This document shows, piece after piece, positions 10,318-21,392 of a DNA stretch of 64,000 bases; position 1 is the stretch's first letter, and every line of letters starts with the position of its first letter. The translations under genes and the position numbers were made by a program. The notes under the pieces are model-generated. The model worked only from the letters and a program-made list of their open reading frames with translations. It was not told the DNA's origin and made no database searches. Origin of the DNA: Alphaproteobacteria bacterium (GTDB taxonomy: Bacteria; Pseudomonadota; Alphaproteobacteria; CAAHEQ01; UBA3637); contig SUUS01000001.1 in NCBI GenBank assembly GCA_015062395.1, positions 65,429 to 129,428 on the forward strand, read 5' to 3'.

Positions 10318-11178
10318 ATGATTGGTTTATTGATGAATTTTGTTTTAATGGGAATTGTTTTAAGTGGACTACTTAAAACTTACTATTTCTTTCCTTTATT
10401 AAGCGATAATCCAGAAATGACGGGGACAGTTGGTCTTATGATTATGTTAATCATTATCTGGATATTTCCCAAAATTATTGGATTATTTATTAAGTTTGCC
10501 ATATTTTGCGCTATTGTATTTTTTATTGGAAATTTCATGGGATTGAATATGGATATATTTAAAGATTCATCGAATGTCGTAGATAAAATTGCAGAAAAAA
10601 CAAAAGAATTAACAGATGTTGCAGATAAAATAAAACTGTCTTCTGAAGCAAATCAATCTTTTTCAGCAACTCCATCACGGGTAAATACAGGAAGAAATAT
10701 ACAATTTGGAAATGAAAGTGTACAACTTTATGGCATTGATGCTCCTGATTTAGCTCAACCCTGTAAAAATTCGGCTGGAGTTAATTATAATTGTGGTCAA
10801 GTTTCCAAAGAACAGTTAGAAAAATTAACGATTGGAAAATCTTTAAACTGTGTAAACAAGGGGAAAAACGTTTACGGTCAGCCAGTTGCGTCGTGTTCTG
10901 TTGACGGTGAAGATTTAGCATCCTTAATGGTTCGGTCGGGATGGGCTGTTGCCGATCCCAGTATCACAGATGCGTATGTAGCAGATGAAAAAATTGCTTA
11001 TCATCAAAAAACTGGATTATGGAATGGAAAATTTCATTCTCCTTGGCGTTGGAGAATGCGGCAAGTCAATTCCAATTTGTCAAAGACAAAAAAATCGAAT
11101 TTTACAAATAAAAAAAATGTAAAAAAGTCTGAATCTGCAAAAACCCCATTTCAAAAAGTAATGGATTTTTTCAAATGA
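10318..11178 (+). CDS. Membrane-anchored thermonuclease (SNase-like) family protein
   Basis: Two N-terminal TM helices then SNase-like region VQLYGIDAPDL...CSVDGEDLASLMVRSGWAV; ATG at 10318 with GGAG RBS. Confidence 0.7.
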   Translation: MIGLLMNFVLMGIVLSGLLKTYYFFPLLSDNPEMTGTVGLMIMLIIIWIFPKIIGLFIKFAIFCAIVFFIGNFMGLNMDIFKDSSNVVDKIAEKTKELTDVADKIKLSSEANQSFSATPSRVNTGRNIQFGNESVQLYGIDAPDLAQPCKNSAGVNYNCGQVSKEQLEKLTIGKSLNCVNKGKNVYGQPVASCSVDGEDLASLMVRSGWAVADPSITDAYVADEKIAYHQKTGLWNGKFHSPWRWRMRQVNSNLSKTKKSNFTNKKNVKKSESAKTPFQKVMDFFK

Positions 11179-11636
11179 AAACATTTCAAATTTCAACATT
11201 AGCGCAAACAGTTAGTTTGGCCGAATCTTTTGCTAAACTATTAAAAAAAACAGACATCATTGCCTTGTATGGAACATTAGGTGTTGGAAAAACGGCATTT
11301 ACTCGTGCTTTAGTACAGTCTTTTTTGCCTTCTGAAGAAGTTCCAAGTCCTACGTTTACACTTTTACAAACGTACGAAACAGAAAAATTTCCAGTTTTTC
11401 ACTTTGATTTATATCGGTTAAAAAATCCTGAAGAAGTTTTTGAACTTGGTATCGAAGACGCTTTCTATGATGGCGTTTCTTTAATTGAATGGCCTGAAAA
11501 AATGGGAAAAATAGCACCAGAAAAAAAACTGTTAAAAATAAAAATAGAATGTGATAACAATATAAGAACTTTTACATTTTCTTCGGAAAATCCTCAATGG
11601 ATTGAAAGGCTAAACTTATGGAACGTGCAGATTTAA
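11175..11636 (+). CDS. tsaE: tRNA threonylcarbamoyladenosine biosynthesis protein TsaE
   Basis: P-loop LYGTLGVGKTAF, SPTFTL, HFDLYRL motifs; ATGA overlap with upstream gene. Confidence 0.85.
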   Translation: MKTFQISTLAQTVSLAESFAKLLKKTDIIALYGTLGVGKTAFTRALVQSFLPSEEVPSPTFTLLQTYETEKFPVFHFDLYRLKNPEEVFELGIEDAFYDGVSLIEWPEKMGKIAPEKKLLKIKIECDNNIRTFTFSSENPQWIERLNLWNVQI

Positions 11637-12610
11637 TACGTTTATTTTTAAAAAAGAATAATTTAGATAAAGCAAATTTTTCATGGCTTCCTTCGGACGC
11701 TTCATTTCGACATTACGCACGAATAAATGATGGAAAAAAAAGTTATATTTTTATGGATGCACCACCTCCAGAAATTCCAGAACAATTTGCGTTAGTTGCT
11801 CAAATTTTATGTGAAAACGGATTAAGTGCACCAGAGATTTATAGCACAGACTTTGAAAACGGTTTTATTTTGTTGGAAGATTTTGGAAACAAAGATTATT
11901 CCTCTATGTTATCAGCTGGTTTTAATGAAAAAGAATTATATAAAACTGCCGTAGATGCTTTAATTCAAGTTTCAAAAATAAAAAAAATGGATGGAATTCC
12001 TTTATATGACAGAAATTGGCTTTTTGAAGGATTGTCTGTTTTTTGTGACTGGTTTATTCCCCATGCAACGGGAGAAAAATTATCTTCAAAAGAGCTTAAA
12101 TCATTTGAAAAAATTTGGGATAATTTGTTTAATTCTATTCAAGATGCGCCTTTTGGACTGGTTCTCAATGATTTTCATATGAATAATATGATGTATTTGG
12201 AACGAAAAGAACATCAAATTTGTGGGTTATTAGATTTCCAAGATGCGCGTATTGGTCCTTTAGCATACGATATGGTTTCTTTTATCGAAGATGCCAGAAG
12301 AAGTGAATTACCAGAAGATTTAAAAGAATATCTTTTTGCAAGATATTTGGAAAATAATCCAACCTATCCTAAAGACTTGTTTATGAAGTCTTATCATATT
12401 ATGGCTGTAAAACGTCATTTGCGTGTTATCGGTGTTTTTGTCCGACTAAAAGCACGTGATGGAAAAGGAAAATACCTAAAACACATAAACCATGTTTGGA
12501 AATTATTGGAAAATCATTTAGATTTACCTTACATGAACGATTTTAAAACTTGGTTAGATATAAATGTTCCAAAAGCTTACAGAAAATGTCCTGATGGTTT
12601 AGAGGAATAA
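11618..12610 (+). CDS. Aminoglycoside-phosphotransferase-fold kinase (AmgK-like anomeric sugar kinase family)
   Basis: APH-fold motifs LNDFHMNNMMY, LLDFQDARIGPLAYD; conserved alphaproteobacterial position between tsaE and addB. Confidence 0.65.
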   Translation: MERADLIRLFLKKNNLDKANFSWLPSDASFRHYARINDGKKSYIFMDAPPPEIPEQFALVAQILCENGLSAPEIYSTDFENGFILLEDFGNKDYSSMLSAGFNEKELYKTAVDALIQVSKIKKMDGIPLYDRNWLFEGLSVFCDWFIPHATGEKLSSKELKSFEKIWDNLFNSIQDAPFGLVLNDFHMNNMMYLERKEHQICGLLDFQDARIGPLAYDMVSFIEDARRSELPEDLKEYLFARYLENNPTYPKDLFMKSYHIMAVKRHLRVIGVFVRLKARDGKGKYLKHINHVWKLLENHLDLPYMNDFKTWLDINVPKAYRKCPDGLEE

Positions 12611-12611
12611 T

Positions 12612-15443
12612 ATGATTTATACAATCCCCTCTTCTGTTTCATTCTGTGACGTATTGGCAAAAGAATGGATTGTTAATGCCCAAGATAAAATTTGGGGATT
12701 ATCACATATAACTTTAATAACCCCAACAAACAGAGCAGCTAAAACATTCAAAGATGCGTTTTTAAGACAGTCCGAAGGTAAAAGTTTATTATTACCTAAA
12801 ATTATATCTTTTTCTGATATGGATTTTTTAGCGACAGGGATTCTCCCTGCAATATCTCCATTAGCCAGACAAATTTTATTGTCTAAATTAATACAAAAAA
12901 AACAACCAATGGGGGAAGATAAAGCCTTTTGCTTATCTTCATCTTTAGCAGAACTAATCGATTTAATGCATCATTATGATGTTGATTTTCATAAATTAAA
13001 AGATATTGCTACTGAAAACTTTTCACTTCACTGGCAACAGACGATGTCTTTTTTAGAAATTATTCAAAATTATTGGCCCCAAATTTTAAAAGAAAGACAA
13101 CAAATAGATCCTGCTTTAAGGCAGATAAAAGTTATTGAAAATTTAATTCATCAATGGAAAGTAAAACCTCCCAAAACTCCGATTTTTGCCATTGGTTTTA
13201 CGGGGGGATTACCAATCATTGAACGTTTTTTAAAAGCAATTTATGAATTACCAAACAGCAATATCTATATCCCAAATCTCGATAAAACCTTATCTAAAGA
13301 AGATTGGGACAGCTTGGATGAAACACATTCTCAATTTTATATCAAAAAATTACTCAATTTTTTGAAGGTTAAGCCTTCTGATGTAAAAACATATGCTGAT
13401 TTTAACGATAGATTTTTATTACTATCAAAAGCCTTAAAACCTGCTGCTAGAACATCTACGTGGCAATCAGATAAAGAGCAATTAAAGAAAAGCTGTATTA
13501 ACAATGTCAGACTCATTGAATGTAAAACGCCACAAACAGAGGCTTTTGAAATTGCGTGTATTCTTCGTGAAGTACTAGAAACTCCTGCTAAAACAGCAGC
13601 ACTGGTGACGACAGACAGATTACTGGCTAGACGTGTTCGAGTACAAATGGCTCGTTGGGGAATTAATTTGGATGATTCTGCAGGAACGAGCTTGTCTAAA
13701 ACCCCTATTGGAACTTATTTAAATTTAATTGCGCAATTTGCCTTAACGGGATCGTCTAGAAATTTGTTAGCTCTGCTAAAACATCCTTTAGCTCTTGATG
13801 GAAAAGAATTTAACACATTCCGTAAAGAAATACATAAAGAAGAAAAACGCACTCGTGTAGAAAAACGAAAATTTCGCCCCATATTAAAAACAGATTTATC
13901 CGAATTTACAAATCTATTTAAGAATGGAATTTCTGTTTCTTTTGAGGAAATTTTACGTAAACATTTGGATGCAGCTCAAAAATTAGCTGAAAGTTCAGAT
14001 AAAACAGGAGCAGAACGAATGTGGGCAAATGAAGCTGGAGATGTTGCCAGTACCTTATTTACAGAAATTTTGATGCATTCTGAAAGTATTGGACTTATCG
14101 AACCAGAAAACTATCCAGCTTTTTTAGACGCTCTTTTAAGTTCGGTGACAGTTCGTTCAAAATATGGTATGCATCCAAGATTAGATATTTTAGGTCCGAT
14201 TGAAGCCAGATTACAGCAACCAGAGCTTGTCGTTATTGCAGGAATGAATGAAGGAACTTTTCCACAAACTCCTGATGCAGATGCGTGGTTAAATATAGCC
14301 ATGAAAAAAGCTTGTGGTTTGCCAATTCCAGAAGAAAAAATAGGTGTTTCAGCGCAAGATTTTTTGCATCTAATGCAAGCAAAAGAAGTCATTTTAACGC
14401 GTTCATTAAAAGCAGATGGAACGCCTACGATTCAATCTAGATGGCTTTCTCGATTAAAAGCTTTGTTAGAATGTGCTCACATGGATTGGTCAATAGAAAA
14501 TGAAAAATATGCCTTTTTATTGGAAAAAAATCAAGGTTATAAACCAACACAAAGACCAGCTCCAAATCCAGCATTAAATACGAGACCATCATCTTTTTCT
14601 ATTTCAGATATTTCAACTTTTATTTCAAATCCATACAGTATTTATGCGAAAAAAATTTTGAACTTATATAAATTGGAAGATTTAGAAAAAGAAATCGGAA
14701 ATTCTGATTTTGGAACAGCAGTCCACAATGCATTATCTTTATATTTTGATGAAGGAAAAGAAAAAATAAAATATGCCTCTCATACTGAAAATGTATTGTT
14801 TTTATTAGCTATCGGTAAAAGATGCTTTGCAGAACAAAAAATTGATATTCAAGAAAACCCATTTTTATGGGAAAAATTTAAACGAATTGCCGAATGGTTT
14901 GTTGAACAAGAAGAAAATTCACAAAACATATTGAAAGTTGATAAATTTTTAGAAAAAAATGCATTGTTAGAATTAAACATCAAAAATACATTATTTTCAA
15001 TAAAAGGACGTTCTGATCGAATCGATATATCAAAAGACAATACAGCAACCATTATCGATTATAAAACAGGATTTACACCAAGCAAATCTCAAGTTTGTGC
15101 TGGTTATGCTCCGCAACTTCCTTTGGAAGCAATTATGCTGGAAGCAGGTTCATTTGCAGATATTCCTAAAGAAAATATAGAAGTAAATCATCTATCTTAC
15201 TGGAAATTAAAAGGCAAAAATGAAACTGGTGAAATTATTGAGGTGTCTCCTGATGAGAAAAAAATGTCAATGAAAGATTTATTAACTAAAACGAAAAAAA
15301 ATCTTTACTCTCTTTTATCTTATTATTTAGATAAGGATGCAATCTATCCTGCAAAAATACAGACAGAAGAAGAACAAAAATATAATGACTATGCTCATTT
15401 AGAACGCAGAGCCGAATGGCAAGTAACGGAGGATGAAGAATGA
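12612..15443 (+). CDS. addB: Double-strand break repair protein AddB (alphaproteobacterial type)
   Basis: 943 aa, immediately upstream of and 4-nt overlapping addA; C-terminal PD-(D/E)xK-like nuclease region (IDYKTG). Confidence 0.8.
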   Translation: MIYTIPSSVSFCDVLAKEWIVNAQDKIWGLSHITLITPTNRAAKTFKDAFLRQSEGKSLLLPKIISFSDMDFLATGILPAISPLARQILLSKLIQKKQPMGEDKAFCLSSSLAELIDLMHHYDVDFHKLKDIATENFSLHWQQTMSFLEIIQNYWPQILKERQQIDPALRQIKVIENLIHQWKVKPPKTPIFAIGFTGGLPIIERFLKAIYELPNSNIYIPNLDKTLSKEDWDSLDETHSQFYIKKLLNFLKVKPSDVKTYADFNDRFLLLSKALKPAARTSTWQSDKEQLKKSCINNVRLIECKTPQTEAFEIACILREVLETPAKTAALVTTDRLLARRVRVQMARWGINLDDSAGTSLSKTPIGTYLNLIAQFALTGSSRNLLALLKHPLALDGKEFNTFRKEIHKEEKRTRVEKRKFRPILKTDLSEFTNLFKNGISVSFEEILRKHLDAAQKLAESSDKTGAERMWANEAGDVASTLFTEILMHSESIGLIEPENYPAFLDALLSSVTVRSKYGMHPRLDILGPIEARLQQPELVVIAGMNEGTFPQTPDADAWLNIAMKKACGLPIPEEKIGVSAQDFLHLMQAKEVILTRSLKADGTPTIQSRWLSRLKALLECAHMDWSIENEKYAFLLEKNQGYKPTQRPAPNPALNTRPSSFSISDISTFISNPYSIYAKKILNLYKLEDLEKEIGNSDFGTAVHNALSLYFDEGKEKIKYASHTENVLFLLAIGKRCFAEQKIDIQENPFLWEKFKRIAEWFVEQEENSQNILKVDKFLEKNALLELNIKNTLFSIKGRSDRIDISKDNTATIIDYKTGFTPSKSQVCAGYAPQLPLEAIMLEAGSFADIPKENIEVNHLSYWKLKGKNETGEIIEVSPDEKKMSMKDLLTKTKKNLYSLLSYYLDKDAIYPAKIQTEEEQKYNDYAHLERRAEWQVTEDEE

Positions 15444-18400
15444 ATTTAAGTTTAACCGATATTGCCAATAATGCTCAACGTCAAGCTTCTGATCCATATA
15501 TCAGTGCGTGGGTTTCTGCTTCTGCAGGTTCTGGAAAAACAAAAGTTTTAACTGATCGTATATTGCAGTTATTATTGGCTAAAAACGAACCAGAAACGAT
15601 ACTTTGTTTAACTTTTACCAAAGCTGCAGCGGCAGAAATGGCGAATCGATTATCTAAAACCCTGAAAGATTGGATGCTGTTAGATAATGATAAATTGATA
15701 GAAGAACTAAAAAAGCTGACAGGACAAGACGAATGCGATTTAGTTGAAAAAATTGATTTTGCAAGAACTTTGTTTGCCAAAGTTTTGGACACCAAAGGTG
15801 GAATGAAAATAATGACAATCCACAGTTTTTGTCAAAGCATTTTAAAACGTTTTCCTTTGGAAGCAGGCATTTTACCCTCTTTTGAAATTGCAGAAGATGC
15901 TACAGCAAAAGAATTGTTAAATAATGCAATTATGCAAACGTTCAGAAATCCTGTATTTCAGAAACAAATGTATATTTTATCTGGCTATCTGGAACAAAAG
16001 GATTTATTAAAACTACTTTCTGACATTCGTTCTGATCAACTTGAATTAGAACATTTACTAGATGAAAATATGAGCTTTCAATCTTTACAAGAGAAAATAT
16101 ATACCTCTTTAGACGTTCATCCAAATCAAACAGAAAATGATTTGATAAAAACAGTCTATGAAGGCAATGATTTTGAAGCTTATAAATTGAAATTTTTGAC
16201 AAAGAAAAATGAAATTAGAGATTGCATATTAAAAAAAGGGGATGAACAAAAAGAAATAGCTCAAAAAATTTTAATAGTTCTTGAAAAAATAAATTCACTG
16301 AAGATAGCTCAAGCGACTTGCGCATTTTTAAGTGTGGCTTTTGACGTTTTACAAAATTTTGAAACGTTAAAAAATAAAGCTGGTTTATTGGATTATACAG
16401 ATTTGATATTCAAAACACGAGCTCTGCTTGAAGAAAAAGATATGACAGCTTGGGTTCTTTATAAATTAGATGGTGGTATCGACCATATCCTTTTAGATGA
16501 GGCACAAGATACCAGCCCAGATCAATGGGCTATAATCAGAGCCATTTGTGAAGAATTTTTTGCAGGAGAAGGCAGAAAAGCTGATAAAATAAGAACGCTT
16601 TTCGCTGTGGGCGATAAAAAACAATCGATTTATCGTTTTCAAGGAGCTGATGCAAATGAATTTGAAAAAATGCGAGTATTCTTTACCAATAGAATACAAG
16701 CCTCTCAAAATACCTTTAAAGATATTCCATTAAACATTTCCTTTCGTTCGACTCAAGCTGTTTTAGATTTGGTTAATTTTTTACTTAAATCAGAGCCTGC
16801 ACGCAAAGGTATTTTAGGAACGCACGAAGATGGCACGCATTTTGCTTATCGAAAAGGACATGCTGGATTGGTTGAAATATGGCCGTTGGAAGAATACCAT
16901 AAAAAAGAAAAGAAAGATGAAAATGATTGGACAATAGATAATGAAAATGATGTAAAACAATCCCCTGTTGCAAGATTATCTGCAAAAATTGCATCAAAAA
17001 TAGCTTCTATGCTCAATAACCATGAAATGCTTGTTTCACAAAATCGCCCTATTCAACCTGGCGATATAATGATTTTAGTACGTTCAAGAAAACGCCAATC
17101 AATCGTTTCTGAATTAGTCAGAGCATTAAAAAAAGAAAACATTCCATTAGCTGGAGTTGATAGATTGATTTTAAATCAACATATTGCTGTTATGGATTTA
17201 ATTTCTTTGGGTGCTTTTTTGTTATTACCAGAAGATGATTTGTCTTTGGCTGAAGTATTAAAAAGCCCTATGTTTGGCATATCTGAAGAAGAATTGTTTG
17301 ATTTGGCCTATGACAGAAACGGACAATCATTATGGTCTCAAATCGCTTTAAAACGCAGTGATATTTATGAAATGCTCAAAAATATGCTTTCAAAAGTTGA
17401 TGTATTACCTGTTTTTGAATTGTATTCTTATATTTTAGATACCCTGCATATTCGGGAAAAGTTTTTATCTAAAATGGGGGCAGAAACAAATGAAATGCTT
17501 GATGAATTTTTAAATTTAGCATTAAATTTTGAAAAAAATCACATATCTAATTTAGAAGGTTTTCTTCAATTTTTAAAGAAAGAAGATATTGAAATCAAGC
17601 GCGATTTAGATAATTCAGAAATTAATGCTGTTCGAATTATGACGGTTCATGGTTCAAAAGGATTACAGGCAGGAATAGTTTTTTTACCTGATACTTATTC
17701 AAAAACATCAAAACCACCTAAATTTATTTGGAATGGTAATTTACCTATATGGGTTCCCAAAGCAGATCTTAAAACAAAATTTACTGAACGAATTTTAAAC
17801 AAAATTGCAGAAGAAGATGATGAAGAATATAATCGTTTGCTGTATGTCGCCTTGACCAGAGCTCAAGATAGACTTTATATCTGTGGTTTTGAAACAGGGA
17901 AAAAAGTGCAGGATAATTCTTGGTATGACATGATAAAAACTGCATTACCACAAAATGTAAGCAAGATAGAATATCCTCAAACAGTCGATTTTGAAAAGAA
18001 AAAAGAAATAAAAAAATTCAAAACAGATAAGATTGAAGAACCTGAATGGTTTTATAAGGAATTGCCTGAAGAACCTGTTCCATCTCGTCCGTTATCGCCA
18101 TCAAAATTAACCCAAAATGAGCCTGAAGCGCCCTCTCCTTTAACAAAAGAACAGGAAAAAGCTATGCAAAAAGGAACTTTTATTCACAAACTGCTGCAGT
18201 TTTTACCAGATATAGAAGAAAAACAACGTGTCGATTTTATTCAAAAATTAACACCTCTCGGAATGGAACCTCCTTTAGATATATTAGATTTATTTGACAA
18301 TCCAGAAATGAAGATTTTATTTGGAAGCAATTCTATTCCTGAAATTCCAATTATTGGAGTTAATACAGAAGGAAAAGTTATTTCTGGACAAATTGATAGA

Positions 18401-18601
18401 TTAGTTGTCAGTCAAAATGAAGTTTTAATTATTGATTTTAAAACAAATCGTTATCCACCTAAAAACATAAAAGACGTTCCTTTAGCATATACGGAACAAA
18501 TGAATGCATATAAAGGCTTGCTAAAAAACATTTTTAGTGATAAAAAGATACGATGTTTTTTATTATGGACAACAACTTTAACTTTAATGGAGCTAAAATG
18601 A
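15440..18601 (+). CDS. addA: Double-strand break repair helicase/nuclease AddA (UvrD-like)
   Basis: UvrD helicase Walker A ASAGSGKTKVLTDR, helicase motifs, C-terminal RecB-like nuclease (IDFKTN). Confidence 0.9.
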   Translation: MNLSLTDIANNAQRQASDPYISAWVSASAGSGKTKVLTDRILQLLLAKNEPETILCLTFTKAAAAEMANRLSKTLKDWMLLDNDKLIEELKKLTGQDECDLVEKIDFARTLFAKVLDTKGGMKIMTIHSFCQSILKRFPLEAGILPSFEIAEDATAKELLNNAIMQTFRNPVFQKQMYILSGYLEQKDLLKLLSDIRSDQLELEHLLDENMSFQSLQEKIYTSLDVHPNQTENDLIKTVYEGNDFEAYKLKFLTKKNEIRDCILKKGDEQKEIAQKILIVLEKINSLKIAQATCAFLSVAFDVLQNFETLKNKAGLLDYTDLIFKTRALLEEKDMTAWVLYKLDGGIDHILLDEAQDTSPDQWAIIRAICEEFFAGEGRKADKIRTLFAVGDKKQSIYRFQGADANEFEKMRVFFTNRIQASQNTFKDIPLNISFRSTQAVLDLVNFLLKSEPARKGILGTHEDGTHFAYRKGHAGLVEIWPLEEYHKKEKKDENDWTIDNENDVKQSPVARLSAKIASKIASMLNNHEMLVSQNRPIQPGDIMILVRSRKRQSIVSELVRALKKENIPLAGVDRLILNQHIAVMDLISLGAFLLLPEDDLSLAEVLKSPMFGISEEELFDLAYDRNGQSLWSQIALKRSDIYEMLKNMLSKVDVLPVFELYSYILDTLHIREKFLSKMGAETNEMLDEFLNLALNFEKNHISNLEGFLQFLKKEDIEIKRDLDNSEINAVRIMTVHGSKGLQAGIVFLPDTYSKTSKPPKFIWNGNLPIWVPKADLKTKFTERILNKIAEEDDEEYNRLLYVALTRAQDRLYICGFETGKKVQDNSWYDMIKTALPQNVSKIEYPQTVDFEKKKEIKKFKTDKIEEPEWFYKELPEEPVPSRPLSPSKLTQNEPEAPSPLTKEQEKAMQKGTFIHKLLQFLPDIEEKQRVDFIQKLTPLGMEPPLDILDLFDNPEMKILFGSNSIPEIPIIGVNTEGKVISGQIDRLVVSQNEVLIIDFKTNRYPPKNIKDVPLAYTEQMNAYKGLLKNIFSDKKIRCFLLWTTTLTLMELK

Positions 18602-19353
18602 AAAAAATACTATTCCTTTTTATTTGTTTATTCTTGGTTTCTTGCACATCAGGGGAACCTAAAATAAAAGGCTTTAAAAAACAAAGCTTCATTGCAAATG
18701 AAATAGAGCTTTCTGGTCAAGTAAAAGAAATTAAAGCTGGAAAAAAATTGCGTGTTTATATCGATGCTGATGCAAAAACAAAGGGATTATTCAAACCCAA
18801 GGCAACTTTGCCCAATCCTGTTGCAGCTCAATTAGCTCAAAAAGACAAATATCCGTATATCATATACTTAAACCGTCCTTGTTATTTTTCAAATAATCCT
18901 ATTTGTACACCTCAGGTTTGGGAAGATGGTAGATTTTTGCCAGAAGTTGTTGATGAAATGAAAAGCGCTCTTTTACGCATTCAAGCAAAATACCAAATTC
19001 CAGAATTTGAATTTATCGGATATGATGGTGGTGCTGCTATGGCATTGCTATTGGCCAGCAGAATAAAAGGCATACCAATAAAAGTTTATACCATTTCTGG
19101 TATATTAAATACAACTCAATATGCTTTACTGATGGATGAAGTTTTACATCAAGATAGTTTAAATCCTGCAACGGAAACATTTTCTTTGGCTCACATACCT
19201 CAAGTTCATTTTGTTGGAGGAAAAGATAAGCAAGTTCCTTTGGCTCTAACGAAAGATTTTACAAAGAAAATTTCAAAACCTTACTCGCTTCAAGTAAAAT
19301 CATACCCATCTGCAGATCATTTTAATTGGGCACAATTTAAGATGGAATACTAA
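18598..19353 (+). CDS. Lipoprotein, alpha/beta-hydrolase-like
   Basis: Lipobox LVSC after MKKILFLFICLF; start at Met16 overlapping addA stop (ATGA); nucleophile-elbow-like GYDGG has Asp in place of Ser. Confidence 0.5.
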   Translation: MKKILFLFICLFLVSCTSGEPKIKGFKKQSFIANEIELSGQVKEIKAGKKLRVYIDADAKTKGLFKPKATLPNPVAAQLAQKDKYPYIIYLNRPCYFSNNPICTPQVWEDGRFLPEVVDEMKSALLRIQAKYQIPEFEFIGYDGGAAMALLLASRIKGIPIKVYTISGILNTTQYALLMDEVLHQDSLNPATETFSLAHIPQVHFVGGKDKQVPLALTKDFTKKISKPYSLQVKSYPSADHFNWAQFKMEY

Positions 19354-19832
19354 TTTATAAGCGCAGTTCCTAAATTCAAGTAGGTTGCAAAAATACACCA
19401 CAATAAATAGGGTATAAGCATATAGCTGGCCAAAACAGAAATTTTATAATAACTTTTTATCATCAAAGCGATAATGATCCAAAGAAGAAGTAAAACACCT
19501 GTCCCTGCTAAAATTTGATGTGAATAAAAGAATGTAAAACTCCAAACAATTTGTCCGATTAACTGGGAAAAAAATAAAATTTTAGATGTTGAGTTGGCTT
19601 TTTGCCAAATAAACACGCCACTTAACGCAATTAAAGCATATAAAACAGACCAAACAATGCTAAAAACATATCCTGGAGGCGTTAAAAAGGGGTGTTTTAA
19701 ATTTTCATACCAAGCCATGTTTTCTGGCGTTTGTAAAAAAGCCATAATAAAAAAGCCTGTTCCATAACAAAGTAATAAAAATAATAAAATTTTATTTTTC
19801 AACAGCTCCTTTGGCAAAGTTTTTGTTATCAT
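19350..19832 (-). CDS. tspO: TspO/MBR tryptophan-rich sensory protein
   Basis: Five TM helices, conserved WYxxLxKPxxTPP and SIVWSVLY motifs. Confidence 0.8.
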   Translation of the reverse strand: MITKTLPKELLKNKILLFLLLCYGTGFFIMAFLQTPENMAWYENLKHPFLTPPGYVFSIVWSVLYALIALSGVFIWQKANSTSKILFFSQLIGQIVWSFTFFYSHQILAGTGVLLLLWIIIALMIKSYYKISVLASYMLIPYLLWCIFATYLNLGTALIN

Positions 19833-20577
19833 CTTGGTTTAAAATCCCTTCTAAAGTTGTACCTAAAATACTTAAATGTTCAGGAGACGATAATGCATGA
19901 TCACCTCCTTTAATCAAGTTAATTATCAAATCTTCAGAAGTCAATACGTCTTTAATTTTAAACGCTGTTTGATATGGAACTAAAACGTCTTTATCGCCTT
20001 GTAATAAACGAACAGGTCCATTGTAAAGCAAAGGATTATCTAAAATAAAGTGTTTTTCAGCATCCTGAAACATTTGATAGGTAAAACAATATCCTTTGGT
20101 TTCTTCGGATGGTCCTAAAACAACGCCTCCTTTTAAAGCCTCTTTATGCTGTTCTGATAACAAATTATTCCATATAAATTTGGTAAAATCAGGTCCTGGA
20201 GCCAATCCAATAAATGCATGAACCTTTTGTGGAACATGCTTGCACAAAAGCAAACCAATCCACCCTCCCATACTACTTCCCACAATTATTTGTGGCGTTG
20301 AAGTATATTTTTCCAAAACCTCTAATGCATCTTGTAAACAATGGCTAATCATAAAATCAGAAGGTTCTCCCCATGATTGACCATGAGCTGAAAAGTCAAA
20401 ACACAAATAAGATACCCCTTTTTTTTGAGCAAAAGCTTTCAAATAACGCCCTTTTTTACTTGTCATATTTGATAAAAGTCCATGCAGATACACAATCCCT
20501 GGACGAGAAGTATCCCCAGCAATAAAATCGACATTTAAAAACGTTCCATTTTGTTTTGTAAAAATTTCTGTTGTCAT
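19792..20577 (-). CDS. Alpha/beta hydrolase
   Basis: HG oxyanion motif IVYLHGL, nucleophile elbow GSSMGG. Confidence 0.7.
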   Translation of the reverse strand: MTTEIFTKQNGTFLNVDFIAGDTSRPGIVYLHGLLSNMTSKKGRYLKAFAQKKGVSYLCFDFSAHGQSWGEPSDFMISHCLQDALEVLEKYTSTPQIIVGSSMGGWIGLLLCKHVPQKVHAFIGLAPGPDFTKFIWNNLLSEQHKEALKGGVVLGPSEETKGYCFTYQMFQDAEKHFILDNPLLYNGPVRLLQGDKDVLVPYQTAFKIKDVLTSEDLIINLIKGGDHALSSPEHLSILGTTLEGILNQDDNKNFAKGAVEK

Positions 20578-20649
20578 CTTAAAACCTTATACTTGAAAAT
20601 TTAAAATAAATATAAGATAATATAAAAAAATTAATAAGAAAATAATAAA

Positions 20650-21384
20650 ATGAAAAAAATAATTAAACTGATACGTTTTATTTTTGATATTCTATTACCA
20701 CCTCGTTGTTTGATTTGTGGCGAAATTGTCTATAAAGAAAATGGGCTGTGTGCAAAATGTTTTTCAAAAATAAACTTTTTATCAAATCAAAGTTGCCCAA
20801 TTTGTGGTCGTCCATACACATTCCCAATAGAAGATGGAAACACACTAATTTGTGGAAAATGTTTATCTAAACCACCTGTTCTACGGGGATTGAAGGCTGT
20901 TTTTGCTTATGATGATTTTTCTAAAAATCTTATTTTACCATTTAAACATGCTGACAGAACTGATTTAGTTCCATACTTAAGTAAATTAATGTTTAAACGA
21001 GGCAAAGAATTTTTTGAAGAAGCAGACTGTATTATCCCAGTTCCATTACATTGGAAAAGAAAGCTAAAACGAAAATATAATCAAGCTGCTTTATTGGCTC
21101 TTAACATCGAAAAATTAAGTCAAAAACCATGCCTGCTTAGTGTATTAAGCCGTCATCGATACCTAACTTCTCAAAAGAATAAAACAAGAAAAGAAAGATT
21201 GGAAAATATCAAAAATGCATTTAAAGTTAAAGATGCAAATTTGATAAAAAACAAAAAAATTGTTTTAATCGATGATGTATATACGACTGGTGCAACATTG
21301 AATGAATGTGCTCGTGTATTGTATAAAGCAGGAGCAAAAGATGTTGTAGCTGTCGTTATTGCAAGAGTTTGTTATTTTGAATAA
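20650..21384 (+). CDS. comF: ComF family protein (phosphoribosyltransferase domain with N-terminal zinc finger)
   Basis: N-terminal CxxC x2 pairs, C-terminal PRTase motif IVLIDDVYTTGATL. Confidence 0.75.
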   Translation: MKKIIKLIRFIFDILLPPRCLICGEIVYKENGLCAKCFSKINFLSNQSCPICGRPYTFPIEDGNTLICGKCLSKPPVLRGLKAVFAYDDFSKNLILPFKHADRTDLVPYLSKLMFKRGKEFFEEADCIIPVPLHWKRKLKRKYNQAALLALNIEKLSQKPCLLSVLSRHRYLTSQKNKTRKERLENIKNAFKVKDANLIKNKKIVLIDDVYTTGATLNECARVLYKAGAKDVVAVVIARVCYFE

Positions 21385-21392
21385 AAACAAAT

